A stretch of DNA of 63,958 nt, filler included, from Babesia bigemina (lineage: Eukaryota), in assembly GCF_000981445.1 (NCBI RefSeq). It is 8 parts of 8 records of this genome, joined end to end, with 100 filler letters (N's around TTAATTAATTAA, not from the genome) between each part and the next. Parts side by side here need not be neighbours in the genome. Positions count along the whole stretch, not along the records: positions 19,051 to 27,657 come from NW_012237249.1; positions 27,758 to 35,228 come from NW_012237250.1; 6 more parts are not named here. One strand, given 5' to 3'. A program made the position numbers and the translations under genes. This document shows positions 22,901-32,300 of this stretch, piece by piece. Position 1 is the stretch's first letter, and every line of letters starts with the position of its first letter. A model generated the notes under the pieces. That model saw only the letters and a program-made list of their open reading frames with translations. It searched no databases and was not told the DNA's origin.

Positions 22901-25414
22901 GGAGGAGGCGTTCGCTGTCTGAGTGTTGACGAATTGTTTAAGTTTTTCAATGGTGGAATCGCGGATTTTGTGGGCGTCCGTGTCAATGAAATCTTGCGTC
23001 GCCTGGATCACTTTTGCCAATGAAGAGCTTTGCAAAATTCCGATACACCTTCTGATAGAGTTTAGTTGCTTATCAATTTTTGTATGCTTCAGGTAATACA
23101 AATGCCTATTAAGCTCTTCACCGACTTTTGATATATCACTCATTAAGTCCTTCAGGCTCTGCCCTATATTGGTCATTAACGCTTTCAACTCACCTCTGTC
23201 TTCCGTTGCACTGCTGGAAGATGCCTTCTTCACGTATATATTCAGGACATGGTTATTAAACGCATCTGTTATATGTTTATCAACCTCAGCTATGGCATCG
23301 TCGAGATTCTGTCTCCTGCTCTTACTGTTTCCCAGTGCTCCTCCCGGTTTGAAGGACGTAGTGAGCTTTTTGAGCTCTACATGTTGGTCCCTACCACGTG
23401 TTCCTTTTAGCTGCGGCAACTCATTCTCCAGCACGTCTGCAATGTCTATATAGAAATTGTACTGGTCAAGGGTGCTCTTCGAACCTGATTTATGTGTGAT
23501 TGCAGGATCGATGGATGACCGAAGAGCGGTTTGCAGGTTATCAAATAGCACACCCGCTACTTTTGACGCAATGTCCACTTTGCCAATGTTAGCATGAAAG
23601 TCTTCCTCGCCGGTAAGCCATTCCAGTTGATCTGCAACTTTGTTGGCCACACTAACGATCAGGTTTAGTGTATATTTAACGGCTGATGACAGTATAACGT
23701 CAGCTTTGTCCACAGGTGGACCTTTCAAGTCTATTTCGACTTCCTTGGCTATTTCTCCAATGTTTATTCCCCCATTCTGACCCCTCAATTTTTGACCGAG
23801 TAGCAGGGCAAATTGGTTGCAACCTATCATAACTGCGCCAATATGTCTTTGAATACTTCCGGTTTCATAATCACTGTCATCATTTAAGGCGTCCTCAACA
23901 GCTTTACCGGCTTCGGGAATAATGCCCACCCTAACTTTTTCCGTAATTTTGCTTGCAATGGTTTTTATACATGTTTCATTAAATGTATCTGTTCCAGCTG
24001 ACAATTTGCTTTCCAGTTGTGACCTATTTTGACCGCTATTGACATATTTCTTAAGTAAGCCTACAACAATTTCACTCTCATCTAAAATTTCTTCTATCCA
24101 CTCCTTCACTCTCTCCTCATATTTTATGCCGGTGTATGTTCTGGCCCATGCCTTCACTTCTGTCTCGATTCGTGTCAGACCGTCCTTATCAGTAATCTTT
24201 TTAACCTGTGCTTCCACCTTCTGAGCGTATCCCCTAACATAATTCCCAATCTCAGTCTGAATTTGTCTTTTTATCTCAAACAAATCGACCTGTACAGCAG
24301 TTTCCAGTTCCGTCACTTTCTGTTTAACTTCCTCAACCAATTTTGTTACATTATCTTTTGTGCTCTCGAAAATCCAATACAGCTGTTCACCCTTTTTCGC
24401 TAATTCCTCTACCTTATGTTTAATAGCATCCTGATTAACATAGCCCACGCCTCTTTTTACAATTGGTTCGACATACTTCTTTGTCACACCTTCAATGAAA
24501 CTTTCAGTGTTATTTATCCACATTCCCAACTCGTTAACGTAGCTTCCTAGCTTATCATATACACCGTTAAGCTGGTGTAGAATCTCTGCGACCAATGATC
24601 TCAACGAATCGACAAGCTCGTTCACTTTTGCATCAATTTGTTCGTTCACATCTTTTCCAAGCCATTCAAGCACACTTCTAATTTTTGCTGTCATCTCCTT
24701 GAAGTCCTTCTTCGCCTTGTCCGACACTTCAGTCAGACGCACAGTCTCATGCAAAACATTGCGCCCAGCGTTTTTTACTTTATCACGCAATATGGAATTC
24801 ATGTCATTAATTTTAGTTTCTACTGTATTAAAAGCTATATTAAATATTGAAGCGTGCTTAAGACACTGCTCTAACACTTCCTTGATAGCATCATCAGCTT
24901 GCTTGATCTGTTCCTCAGTGAATGTCTCCTTACCTGAAGCAGCATTATCTTTTAATATATTACTTACCTTAGTTTTAAACTTGTCATCTACCTGTCCTAG
25001 AAGAGTGTCAATCGGCTTTTTAACTGCATTATTACTTCTCTCAACACTCTCATTATACTCCCGCACCTTCCTCGCCACCTGCGCAATGACCTTAAAACCC
25101 TCACGCCCGGTGGATAATTTAGTTTTAAGGTCAGTAACAAGTTTTTTTAGTTCCTCTTTACCCACACTGTAAGGCTGTTTCTCGCTGACATCCTTAAGCA
25201 CCTGATACAAAAATCCCATCACTGCATCACACAGCCTGTCCAGGTCAGAGTACACAATACCCTGGCCGTCGTAGCCTTTGGAAGCAGAGTTGAAGCCGAG
25301 GAAGGTTTCAAGGCCGGTGCAGAGGTTATTAAGGATGTTAGTAGGGTTGTTATTTGAGGTAATTTTAAGGTTTAAAATTTTACCAAATTTCTTGTCAAGC
25401 TCCCTAGGCGGCAC
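19997..25414 (-). CDS. ves1: ves1-like cassette; leader ATG (25497) out of frame by a 1-nt deletion
   Basis: 1805 open codons with family motifs, TM helix and tail. Confidence 0.85.
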   Translation of the reverse strand: MPPRELDKKFGKILNLKITSNNNPTNILNNLCTGLETFLGFNSASKGYDGQGIVYSDLDRLCDAVMGFLYQVLKDVSEKQPYSVGKEELKKLVTDLKTKLSTGREGFKVIAQVARKVREYNESVERSNNAVKKPIDTLLGQVDDKFKTKVSNILKDNAASGKETFTEEQIKQADDAIKEVLEQCLKHASIFNIAFNTVETKINDMNSILRDKVKNAGRNVLHETVRLTEVSDKAKKDFKEMTAKIRSVLEWLGKDVNEQIDAKVNELVDSLRSLVAEILHQLNGVYDKLGSYVNELGMWINNTESFIEGVTKKYVEPIVKRGVGYVNQDAIKHKVEELAKKGEQLYWIFESTKDNVTKLVEEVKQKVTELETAVQVDLFEIKRQIQTEIGNYVRGYAQKVEAQVKKITDKDGLTRIETEVKAWARTYTGIKYEERVKEWIEEILDESEIVVGLLKKYVNSGQNRSQLESKLSAGTDTFNETCIKTIASKITEKVRVGIIPEAGKAVEDALNDDSDYETGSIQRHIGAVMIGCNQFALLLGQKLRGQNGGINIGEIAKEVEIDLKGPPVDKADVILSSAVKYTLNLIVSVANKVADQLEWLTGEEDFHANIGKVDIASKVAGVLFDNLQTALRSSIDPAITHKSGSKSTLDQYNFYIDIADVLENELPQLKGTRGRDQHVELKKLTTSFKPGGALGNSKSRRQNLDDAIAEVDKHITDAFNNHVLNIYVKKASSSSATEDRGELKALMTNIGQSLKDLMSDISKVGEELNRHLYYLKHTKIDKQLNSIRRCIGILQSSSLAKVIQATQDFIDTDAHKIRDSTIEKLKQFVNTQTANASSTLTTAARRNYVSSVKALLTAFADKVGQELRELPAEIDRDLTIGFKGLMKTLEDGSTSAKITGKENIKKLSELANLPSGTGEQKKEAFKKLSENFNSFWKPINEYIVQEIKREHKEIMLQRNPPVQVGDRDPHHYADNLAKVQQKLDDLLNHLKNVPDDRKYLYDNKFTSLLSTLSSSLTALTPSAFANPRHPELLDAVKQGLEGFVKELGRVYVNGYEGGSTIKRWTHKETGEDELTADGRNGAKIFFSILEILFYDLLKLLQGCVKGGDSHDKKIFLNDVIKEGNKTKNPLGNWLHERGFRVSDDERTQNGELDRTKKGSAIYALLLTVITGADKGHLTTCKPNKKSNKFNLLDILRCLTGHLGTYYSVCHYQIHSKPKAPRNIYQMLHWVCGLWHHPMRDPLRYYVMELFPKPKGEEHKTHKEIGSANLTLDVQTEADITARALDAKLLPICGNSHDILVAILGNGNAEGRYACEFRINPDGLSYPADPAQCLDMLLDILRRLFLQFRYLSNRCSVAAEHHGWSECHYGREIPTTKSHCVNRLTDEVTCQPNTQPTCQAACQVNTKPNCQPTSPLMSLLNDCLPGHLPHILESVGCKAQCRTCSPSNSGKPCLTPFGFRAFTGSTKTGKFLCSVLKTFLNNDYVKYLCCLQPKPPKTLPEHFGFALSLVKGWSNISKLSQNMKSKYSFQSSFESRVRDVSLKLYPDSYELTKTLMKAYGSQAVLHEDCKHPHLVNFTTSEICRYDVADVTCAPYLQSLCADSYEYMSINNCSLYLSWAIYLSWDFWRLLNDLYNDFCNIFCADWGCRGCLRGDTCKKGWHGLTDEKSGNPRCQCSSIVSCKGVSPTLYRYGFSFGKADKLNNDEYKKKCSDFCGQLNKLLNSKYFSDLFDKCDDFLFTIRAPFIWLNVALWLLSLLYLIHIMVIRLDLLHIKSHLHSPSSHRIAAQSLLAAGRVNKLNRVFYLQP

Positions 25415-25525
25415 ATGGTCAGGGCAGTGGCAAGAGGTGGAAGAGGGAAGAGAAGGGTGACAAGGGACAAGTTATTGTTATGGTTTATAGAGGTCATAGC
25501 GGTAATATGGCGAGGTAATTCGAAG
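25415..25525 (-). promoter_or_regulatory. Cassette leader (class C)
   Basis: Homologous to 29115-29228 and 36610-36723. Confidence 0.6.
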
Positions 25526-26043
25526 GATGTAGAGTGGATTAGGGAGCGATGTAGAGTGGGTAAAGGAGCGATGTAGAGTGGGTAAAGGGGCGATGCAGAG
25601 TGGATAAGGAGCGATGTAAGGTGGATAAAGGAGCGATGTAGAGTGGGTTAAGGAGCGATGTGGAGTGGGTTAAGGGGCGATGTAAGGTGGGTTAGGGAGC
25701 GATGTAGAGTGGATAAAGGGGCGATGTGGAGTGGGTAAAGGGGCGATGTGGAGTGGGTTAGGGAGCGATGAAGAGTGGATAAAGGGGCGATGTAGAGTGG
25801 GTTAGGGAGCGATGAAGAGTGGATAAAGGGGCGATGTGGAGTGGGTAAAGGGGCGATGTGGAGTGGGTTAGGGAGCGATGAAGAGTGGATAAAGGGGCGA
25901 TGTGGAGTGGGTTAAGGGGCGATGTAGAGTGGATAAAGGAGCGATGTAGAGTGGATAAAGGGGCGATGTAGAGTGGATAAAGGGGCGATGTAGAGTGGGT
26001 AAAGGGGCGATGTAGAGTGGGTTAGGGAGCGATGTAGAGTGGA
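25526..26043 (-). repeat. ~22-bp satellite
   Basis: Direct reading. Confidence 0.96.
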
Positions 26044-26067
26044 TGATAATCACCACTTAAGTCACTA

Positions 26068-26205
26068 CTGTCATCGCTGCCGAGACCATGTCATCGCTGC
26101 CGTAACCATGTCATCGCTGCCGTGACCATGTCATCGCTGCCGTGACCATGTCATCGCTGCCGTGACCATGTCATCGCTGCCGTGACCATGTCACCGCTGC
26201 CGTGA
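26068..26205 (-). repeat. 20-bp satellite
   Basis: Direct reading. Confidence 0.94.
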
Positions 26206-26211
26206 ACTCAA

Positions 26212-26801
26212 CTTGGTCAGCACTTTGGTCAGCACATTGGTCAGCACTTTGGTCATGTCCTTGGTCAGCACATTGGTCAACACTTTGGGCACCACTCTGG
26301 TCATGGCATTGGTCAGCACTTTGGTCATGTCCTTGGTCAACACGTTGGTCAGCACTTTGGTCAGCACTTTGGTCAGCACATTGGTCTTGGCATTGGTCAC
26401 CACCTTGGTCACCACTTTGGTCAGCACATTGGTCAACACGTTGGTCAGCACATTGGTCACCACTTTGGTTATGACATTGGTCAGCACTTTGGTCATGGCA
26501 TTGGTCACCACTTTGGGCAGCATCTTGGTCAACACGTTGGTCGTGGCATTGTTCATGGCATTGGTCAGCACTTTGGTCAGCACTTTGGTCAGCACATTGG
26601 TCAGCACCTTGGTCAGCACCTTGGTCACCACTTTGGTCACCACGTTGGTCATGGCATTGGTCAGCACCTTGGTCATGGCATTGGTCAGCACGTTGGTCAG
26701 CACATTGGTCACCACTTTGGTCAACACCTTGGTCAGCACGTTGGTCATGGCTTTGGTCAACACGTTGGTCAGCACTTTGGTCAGCACATTGGTCACCACT
26801 T
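26212..26801 (-). repeat. 12-bp satellite
   Basis: Direct reading. Confidence 0.96.
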
Positions 26802-26924
26802 TAGTTAACTATTACACAATCACATACAACGGTTAATGAGTGATACAACAGATTAAACAACAATGCATAAGTTAGGTGAGTAGGTGAGGCTAGGTGAGTG
26901 TAGACAGTAAACACGTGAGTACGA
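26802..26924 (-). promoter_or_regulatory. Conserved 3' element
   Basis: Reads identical to 19874-19996. Confidence 0.65.
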
Positions 26925-27656
26925 TTACGGCTGCAGGTAAAACACTCTGTTAAGCTTGTTAACACGTCCAGCAGCAAGTAGTGATTGAGCAGCAATCCTA
27001 TGACTCGAGGGACTATGTAGATGCGATTTGATGTGGAGGAGGTCTAGGCGGATGACCATGATGTGGATGAGGTACAGGAAAGAGAGGAGCCAGAGGGTAA
27101 GGACAAGGTAGGAGAAGGGTTGTCTGATAGTCCAAATGAAGTTGTCACATTCCTCAAATAATTTGGTGAAATATTGCGATTTTAGTACGTTTTGTAATTG
27201 CGCGTACAGGTTACGGCAGTATCTTCTTTGATCACCGGATAACAATTTTTTGACGTCGCCAAATGTGAAGCCGTAACTGTATAAAATGCTCATCACACCG
27301 CGGCATCCCACCAGCGATCGGCACTTGCAGCCGTAGCCATCGCCGTGCTTGCCCGGTTTACAAGAGCTGCCGTCGACGCATGTGCTGCATCCCCAATCTT
27401 GGCAAGAGATACTGCTGAATGAATCAAACAATGATTTAAGATAGTCATACAGTGTCCATGGTAGATAAACGGCCCATGAGAGATACACGTTAGTATGTTT
27501 AGCTGCGATGTAGTAGTACGTGTCGCAGAATAGGGTCTGCAGGTACGGCCCGCAGTGGACGTTATCTTCGATTGCAAGCATACATGACTGACTCATCGCG
27601 AGGCTCGACATATCAGCCGATTTTGGAATATGATTACTTGCATTATGACTACTCTG
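26925..27656 (-). CDS. ves1: 3' part of a ves1-like gene; 5' end lost in gap
   Basis: Frame open to the gap; YLSWAVYLPW, CQDWGC, TM helix, RVFYLQP. Confidence 0.85.
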   Translation of the reverse strand, partial: QSSHNASNHIPKSADMSSLAMSQSCMLAIEDNVHCGPYLQTLFCDTYYYIAAKHTNVYLSWAVYLPWTLYDYLKSLFDSFSSISCQDWGCSTCVDGSSCKPGKHGDGYGCKCRSLVGCRGVMSILYSYGFTFGDVKKLLSGDQRRYCRNLYAQLQNVLKSQYFTKLFEECDNFIWTIRQPFSYLVLTLWLLSFLYLIHIMVIRLDLLHIKSHLHSPSSHRIAAQSLLAAGRVNKLNRVFYLQP

Positions 27657-27657
27657 A

Positions 27658-27757
27658 NNNNNNNNNNNNNNNNNNNNNNNNNNNNNNNNNNNNNNNNNNN
27701 NTTAATTAATTAANNNNNNNNNNNNNNNNNNNNNNNNNNNNNNNNNNNNNNNNNNNN
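27658..27757. other. Assembly linker
   Basis: N-TTAATTAATTAA-N. Confidence 0.98.
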
Positions 27758-29116
27758 TACATCGCTCCTTTATCCACTCTACATCGCTCCTTTATCCACT
27801 CCACATCGCTCCCTAACCCACTCTACATCGCCCCTTAACCCACTCTACATCGCCCCTTAACCCACTCCACACCGCCCCTTAACCCACTCTACATCGCTCC
27901 CTAACCCACTCCACATCGCTCCTTATCCACCTTACATCGCCCCTTTATCCACTCTACATCGCTCCTTAACCCACTCTACATCGCCCCTTTAACCACTCCA
28001 CATCGCCCCTTAACCCACTCTACATCGCTCCTTTATCCACTCTACACCGCTCCCTAACCCACTCTACATCGCTTTTAACCCACTCTTCATCGCTCCCTAA
28101 CCCACTCCACATCGCTCCTTATCCACTCTACATCGCTCCTTAGTCCACTCCACATCGCCCCTTTACCCACTCCACATCGCTCCTTGATCCACTCTACATC
28201 GCTCCCTAACCCACCTTACATCGCTCCCTAACCCACTCTACATCGCCCCTTATCCACTCTACATCGCTCCCTAACCCACTCTACATCGCTCCCTAACCCA
28301 CTCTACATCGCCCCTTAACCCACTCTACATCGCTCCCTAACCCACTCTACATCGCCCCTTATCCACTCCACATCGCTGCCTAACCCACTCTACATCGCTC
28401 CCTAACCCACTCCACATCGCCCCTTAACCCACTCTACATCGCTCCTTTATCCACTCTACATCGCTCCTTAACCCACTCTACATCGCCCCTTAACCCACTC
28501 TACATCGCCCCTTTATCCACTCTACATCGCTCCTTAACCCACTCTACATCGCCCCTTATCCACTCCACATCGCCCCTTTCTCCACTCTACATCGCCCCTT
28601 TCTCCACTCTACATCGCCCCTTAACCCACTCTACATCGCCCCTTTGTCCACTCTACATCGCCCCTTTACCCACTCTACATCGCCCCTTATCCACTCTACA
28701 TCGCTCCCTAACCCACTCTACATCGCTCCCTAACCCACTCCACATCGCCCCTTAACCCACTCTACATCGCTCCCTATGCCACTCTACATCGCTCCTTAAC
28801 CCACTCTACATCGCCCCTTATCCACTCTACATCGCCCCTTATCCACTCTACATCGCCCCTTACCCACCCTACATCGCCCCTTCATCCACTCCACATCGCT
28901 CCCTAATCCACCTTACATCGCTCCTTAACCCACTCTACATCGCTCTTCTATCCACTCTACATCGCCCCTTTACCCACTCCTCATCGCCCCTTAACCCACT
29001 CCACATCGCTCCCTAACCCACTCCACATCGCTCCCTAACCCACTCTACATCGCCCCTTTATCCACTCTACATCGCTCCCTACTCCACTCCACACCGCCCC
29101 TAACCCACTCTACATC
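27758..29116 (+). repeat. ~22-bp satellite
   Basis: Direct reading. Confidence 0.97.
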
Positions 29117-29144
29117 CCTCGAATTACCTTGCCATAATACCGCT

Positions 29145-29270
29145 ATGACCTCTTTAAACCATCCTAATAACCTCTGCCTTGTCACCCTTCACTTACCTTC
29201 TTCCACCTCCTGCCACTGCCCTGACCATGTGCCGCTCAGGGAGCTTGGCAAGAAATTTGACAAAATTTAA
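29145..29270 (+). other. Class C leader ORF in frame with ves but ended by TAA 29268-29270 (MTSLNHPNNLCLVTLHLPSSTSCHCPDHVPLRELGKKFDKI*)
   Basis: Manual translation; 29388-29145 = 243 nt, in frame. Confidence 0.8.
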
Positions 29271-29387
29271 AACCCTAAAATTACCTTAAATAATGACCCT
29301 GCTAACATCCTTAATAACCTTTGTACTGGCCTCGAGAAATTCCTCGGCTTCAACTCTGCTACCAAAGGCTACGATGGCCAGGGGATT

Positions 29388-32300
29388 GTGTACTCTGACT
29401 TGGATAGGCTGTGTGATGCAGTGATGGGATTTTTGCATGGTGTGCTTGAAGCGGTGAAAGAAGATGATGCAGTTAAAACGTACGATAAATACATGGATAG
29501 AAAGCTTAATACAGTACTAGAAGAGGTAAATAAAAATATTGGCTCCGGGCGTAATGGGCTTGCGGCGTCTGTCGGCGCGGTGAGGGGGTGGTTGGAGGGG
29601 TATGAAGGTGTTCTTACCACCAATACTAAGAACCTTAGAAATGCGTATATAACACTAAGAGATTTTAATTTTTTAAAAATTAGCGATGCACTTAGTTCAC
29701 TTAAAAAACTTAGAGGCGATGACATTGCCAAGGTAGCCGACATCATAGATAGGTGTATTACTGAGGCCGGTAACTTGTCGAAAGACTTTACGCTGGCGAA
29801 GGTAGCGTATACTAAGCTTGATACGTCACTTAGAAATAGACTACGTGACACTGCCCGCCGTTTGGAAGTAGAGGTGGCGCGGTTTGTAGCAGCGGCGAGT
29901 AACAGTGAGTTGAAAGCTGTTGTACATTTGACCGGAAGGGAACTGGAGGTTCTACAAAGTACGGTGAACAGTCACGCGAAGGGGTGTTTGCACATAATGG
30001 AGAGTAAGATGAACGAAGAATTCAACGAGAAGATTACGCAAAAAATTGCAGGAATTAATGATGAACTAAAACAACATATTATCATGTTGGACAGGTGGAT
30101 CGCGGCGGCGCAAAATGTTGTCGAGCAGGCAATAAAGAAGTGTGATGAGATACTTGGCAAAATTAAAGAAAACGATGAGAATACATTGCAGACGACAGAA
30201 ATAGGAAAAGCCGTCGAAAAGTTAAAAGGCGAGGCAATAAAGCTTTTGAGTTCTGCGACTGAGGCTAAGAGAAGTGTTCAGAGTTTGGTGCCTGCGGCAC
30301 TAAAGAAGGTGGAAGAAATGGACACGGCGGTTGAGTATGGTTTGTTTCAGATAAAAGAACAGCTGATGACAGGATTGTATAAATACGTTAGTGCTTATGT
30401 TGCTGAAGTACAAAGGCAAGTCGGATTAATTAAGGGTAAGAGAGGAGGAGATGATGGAAAAGGTATCGAAGGGATAAAAAAAAAGGTGCAAGGTTATATG
30501 AATCAATATAAAACCTTCGAAAGCCTGGTGCAACATTGGATCAACGATATTCTTACCGATAATGGCATAGTTAAAGAATCGCTCGGGACGTACGTTAGTA
30601 AAAGTGGTCAACATAGATTCAATCCCGATGATATAACTAATAGAAATGGATTTCATTTGACGAATTCCAATAAGGTAGCAGCTGCAATCAAGGAGCAGTT
30701 GACGCTGCTTGGTATAGAAATGGGGAACGCGGGAATTGAGGATGACGGCGAAGACAATATTCAGAACAATATTATGGCTGTACACAATTGTGTCACTGGA
30801 TTCGTAATGCATCTTAACGCTAAACTCGATAAGGGAAAACCGCTGTCTGGTGATAGAGACAGATTTGTTGAGTCCATAGCCACAGCTATTGAGAAAGCTG
30901 TGGTAGTAGGAGGCGATGGTGCGGCTTTCCGAAGCCATCTCAAGCCCGTCGTTACTAACGTACTTGCTGCTTTGTACACGAAAACCAACCAGATTCTAAC
31001 CGAACTAGAATCATTAGTTGGCGTCGAACACGAAGTAAAAATAGGAGATAATTTGGACGATGCGCTGGGAGTGTCAAACAATTTGGTTGAAGGTTTTACT
31101 GAGGCGATAAAAAACCCTTCCGAAACCTCCTCCGCCACATTCTTCAACCCTTATGATGCTGGGTCTACGATTAAACTCAAAGACAATATCTTAAAAACGA
31201 TCAGTGAGGCACTGATAAAGCAGATTGGGAAGGAGAATAATCATGGTAGAGTAAATCTTGAAGGCGTTTCAAACTTCGCTCTGTACCGTACAAGCGTCAC
31301 TGTGCCCACGGACGGTAAGCTGACAGGTATTAAAGATAAGAAAGAAGGAACACTACCGGAAGCTATTGGAGATATTAAGACTGAGGTGGAAAAAGCATTG
31401 CAAAATGTTCAACCACATCCTAGTGTAGGAGCGATTCGGGAAGTTAAGGATGCAACGTTTACAGATCAGTACAACATTGTAAAAAGAGAACTGCAAGACC
31501 TGACCAAATTAGTTGATGAAAAGAACGACAGTTTAATCAGTGGTGAAAATGGGAAAATTGGCGTAAAAACACTATTGAGAGATATAAAGCGGGGGCTAGG
31601 GAACAAGAGGGTATGGTACTTTTTTCCGAAGGGCCTCACTGAAATAAAGGAGCGTATCCATCACCTTCAAAATACCGCTCTTACAGAGCTACTTACAAAC
31701 GCCGATAATTTTTATAATGATGTCATGCAGAAGCTAACTGGTGAAGCAATAGACTCCATCAAGGCATTCGTCAACAAGGAGATACACCGATCAACCACAA
31801 CTATGCGAGAAAAGGCGCAACATCATTACCACAACAAAATAAGTAGTCTGTTCCATGAGACTAAGTCAAGAGTCACGAAGTATATTATTGAAATGGAAAC
31901 AATGATTGACAAGGATTTGCAAAGCGGCGTTAAGGGCTTGATGAGGAAATTAAGGATGCACCTAGAAAACGATATTCAAACCAAAGTCATTTCTGGCAAT
32001 AAAATAAGTGACGTGTATAAAAACATCGCTGCTTTTTCCACTAAGCTTCATCCGTTACTCTCCGCCCTCCTCACCTACACCAATGCCGACCTTAAGAAAA
32101 TCGACCCAAATTTCACCAAACTCGCCAAATTCGCCAAACCCCTCGAAATGCCATTTGCCATCCTTGCTGATGTCGCCCACTTCAGTTCTGCCTTTGCCAA
32201 TACCCTCTCCACCCTCTCCTCTCTCTCCTCCGCCCTCGACCCCCAAGCGCTGCCGGACGCAGGACGGCCCGTGCTCAAGGCGCTGAAGCAGGGGATGCTG

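Noticed and set aside
19283..26043. Cassette as an autonomous transposon or processed retrocopy
   Set aside because: No transposase or RT motifs, poly(A) tail, terminal inverted repeats or target-site duplications seen
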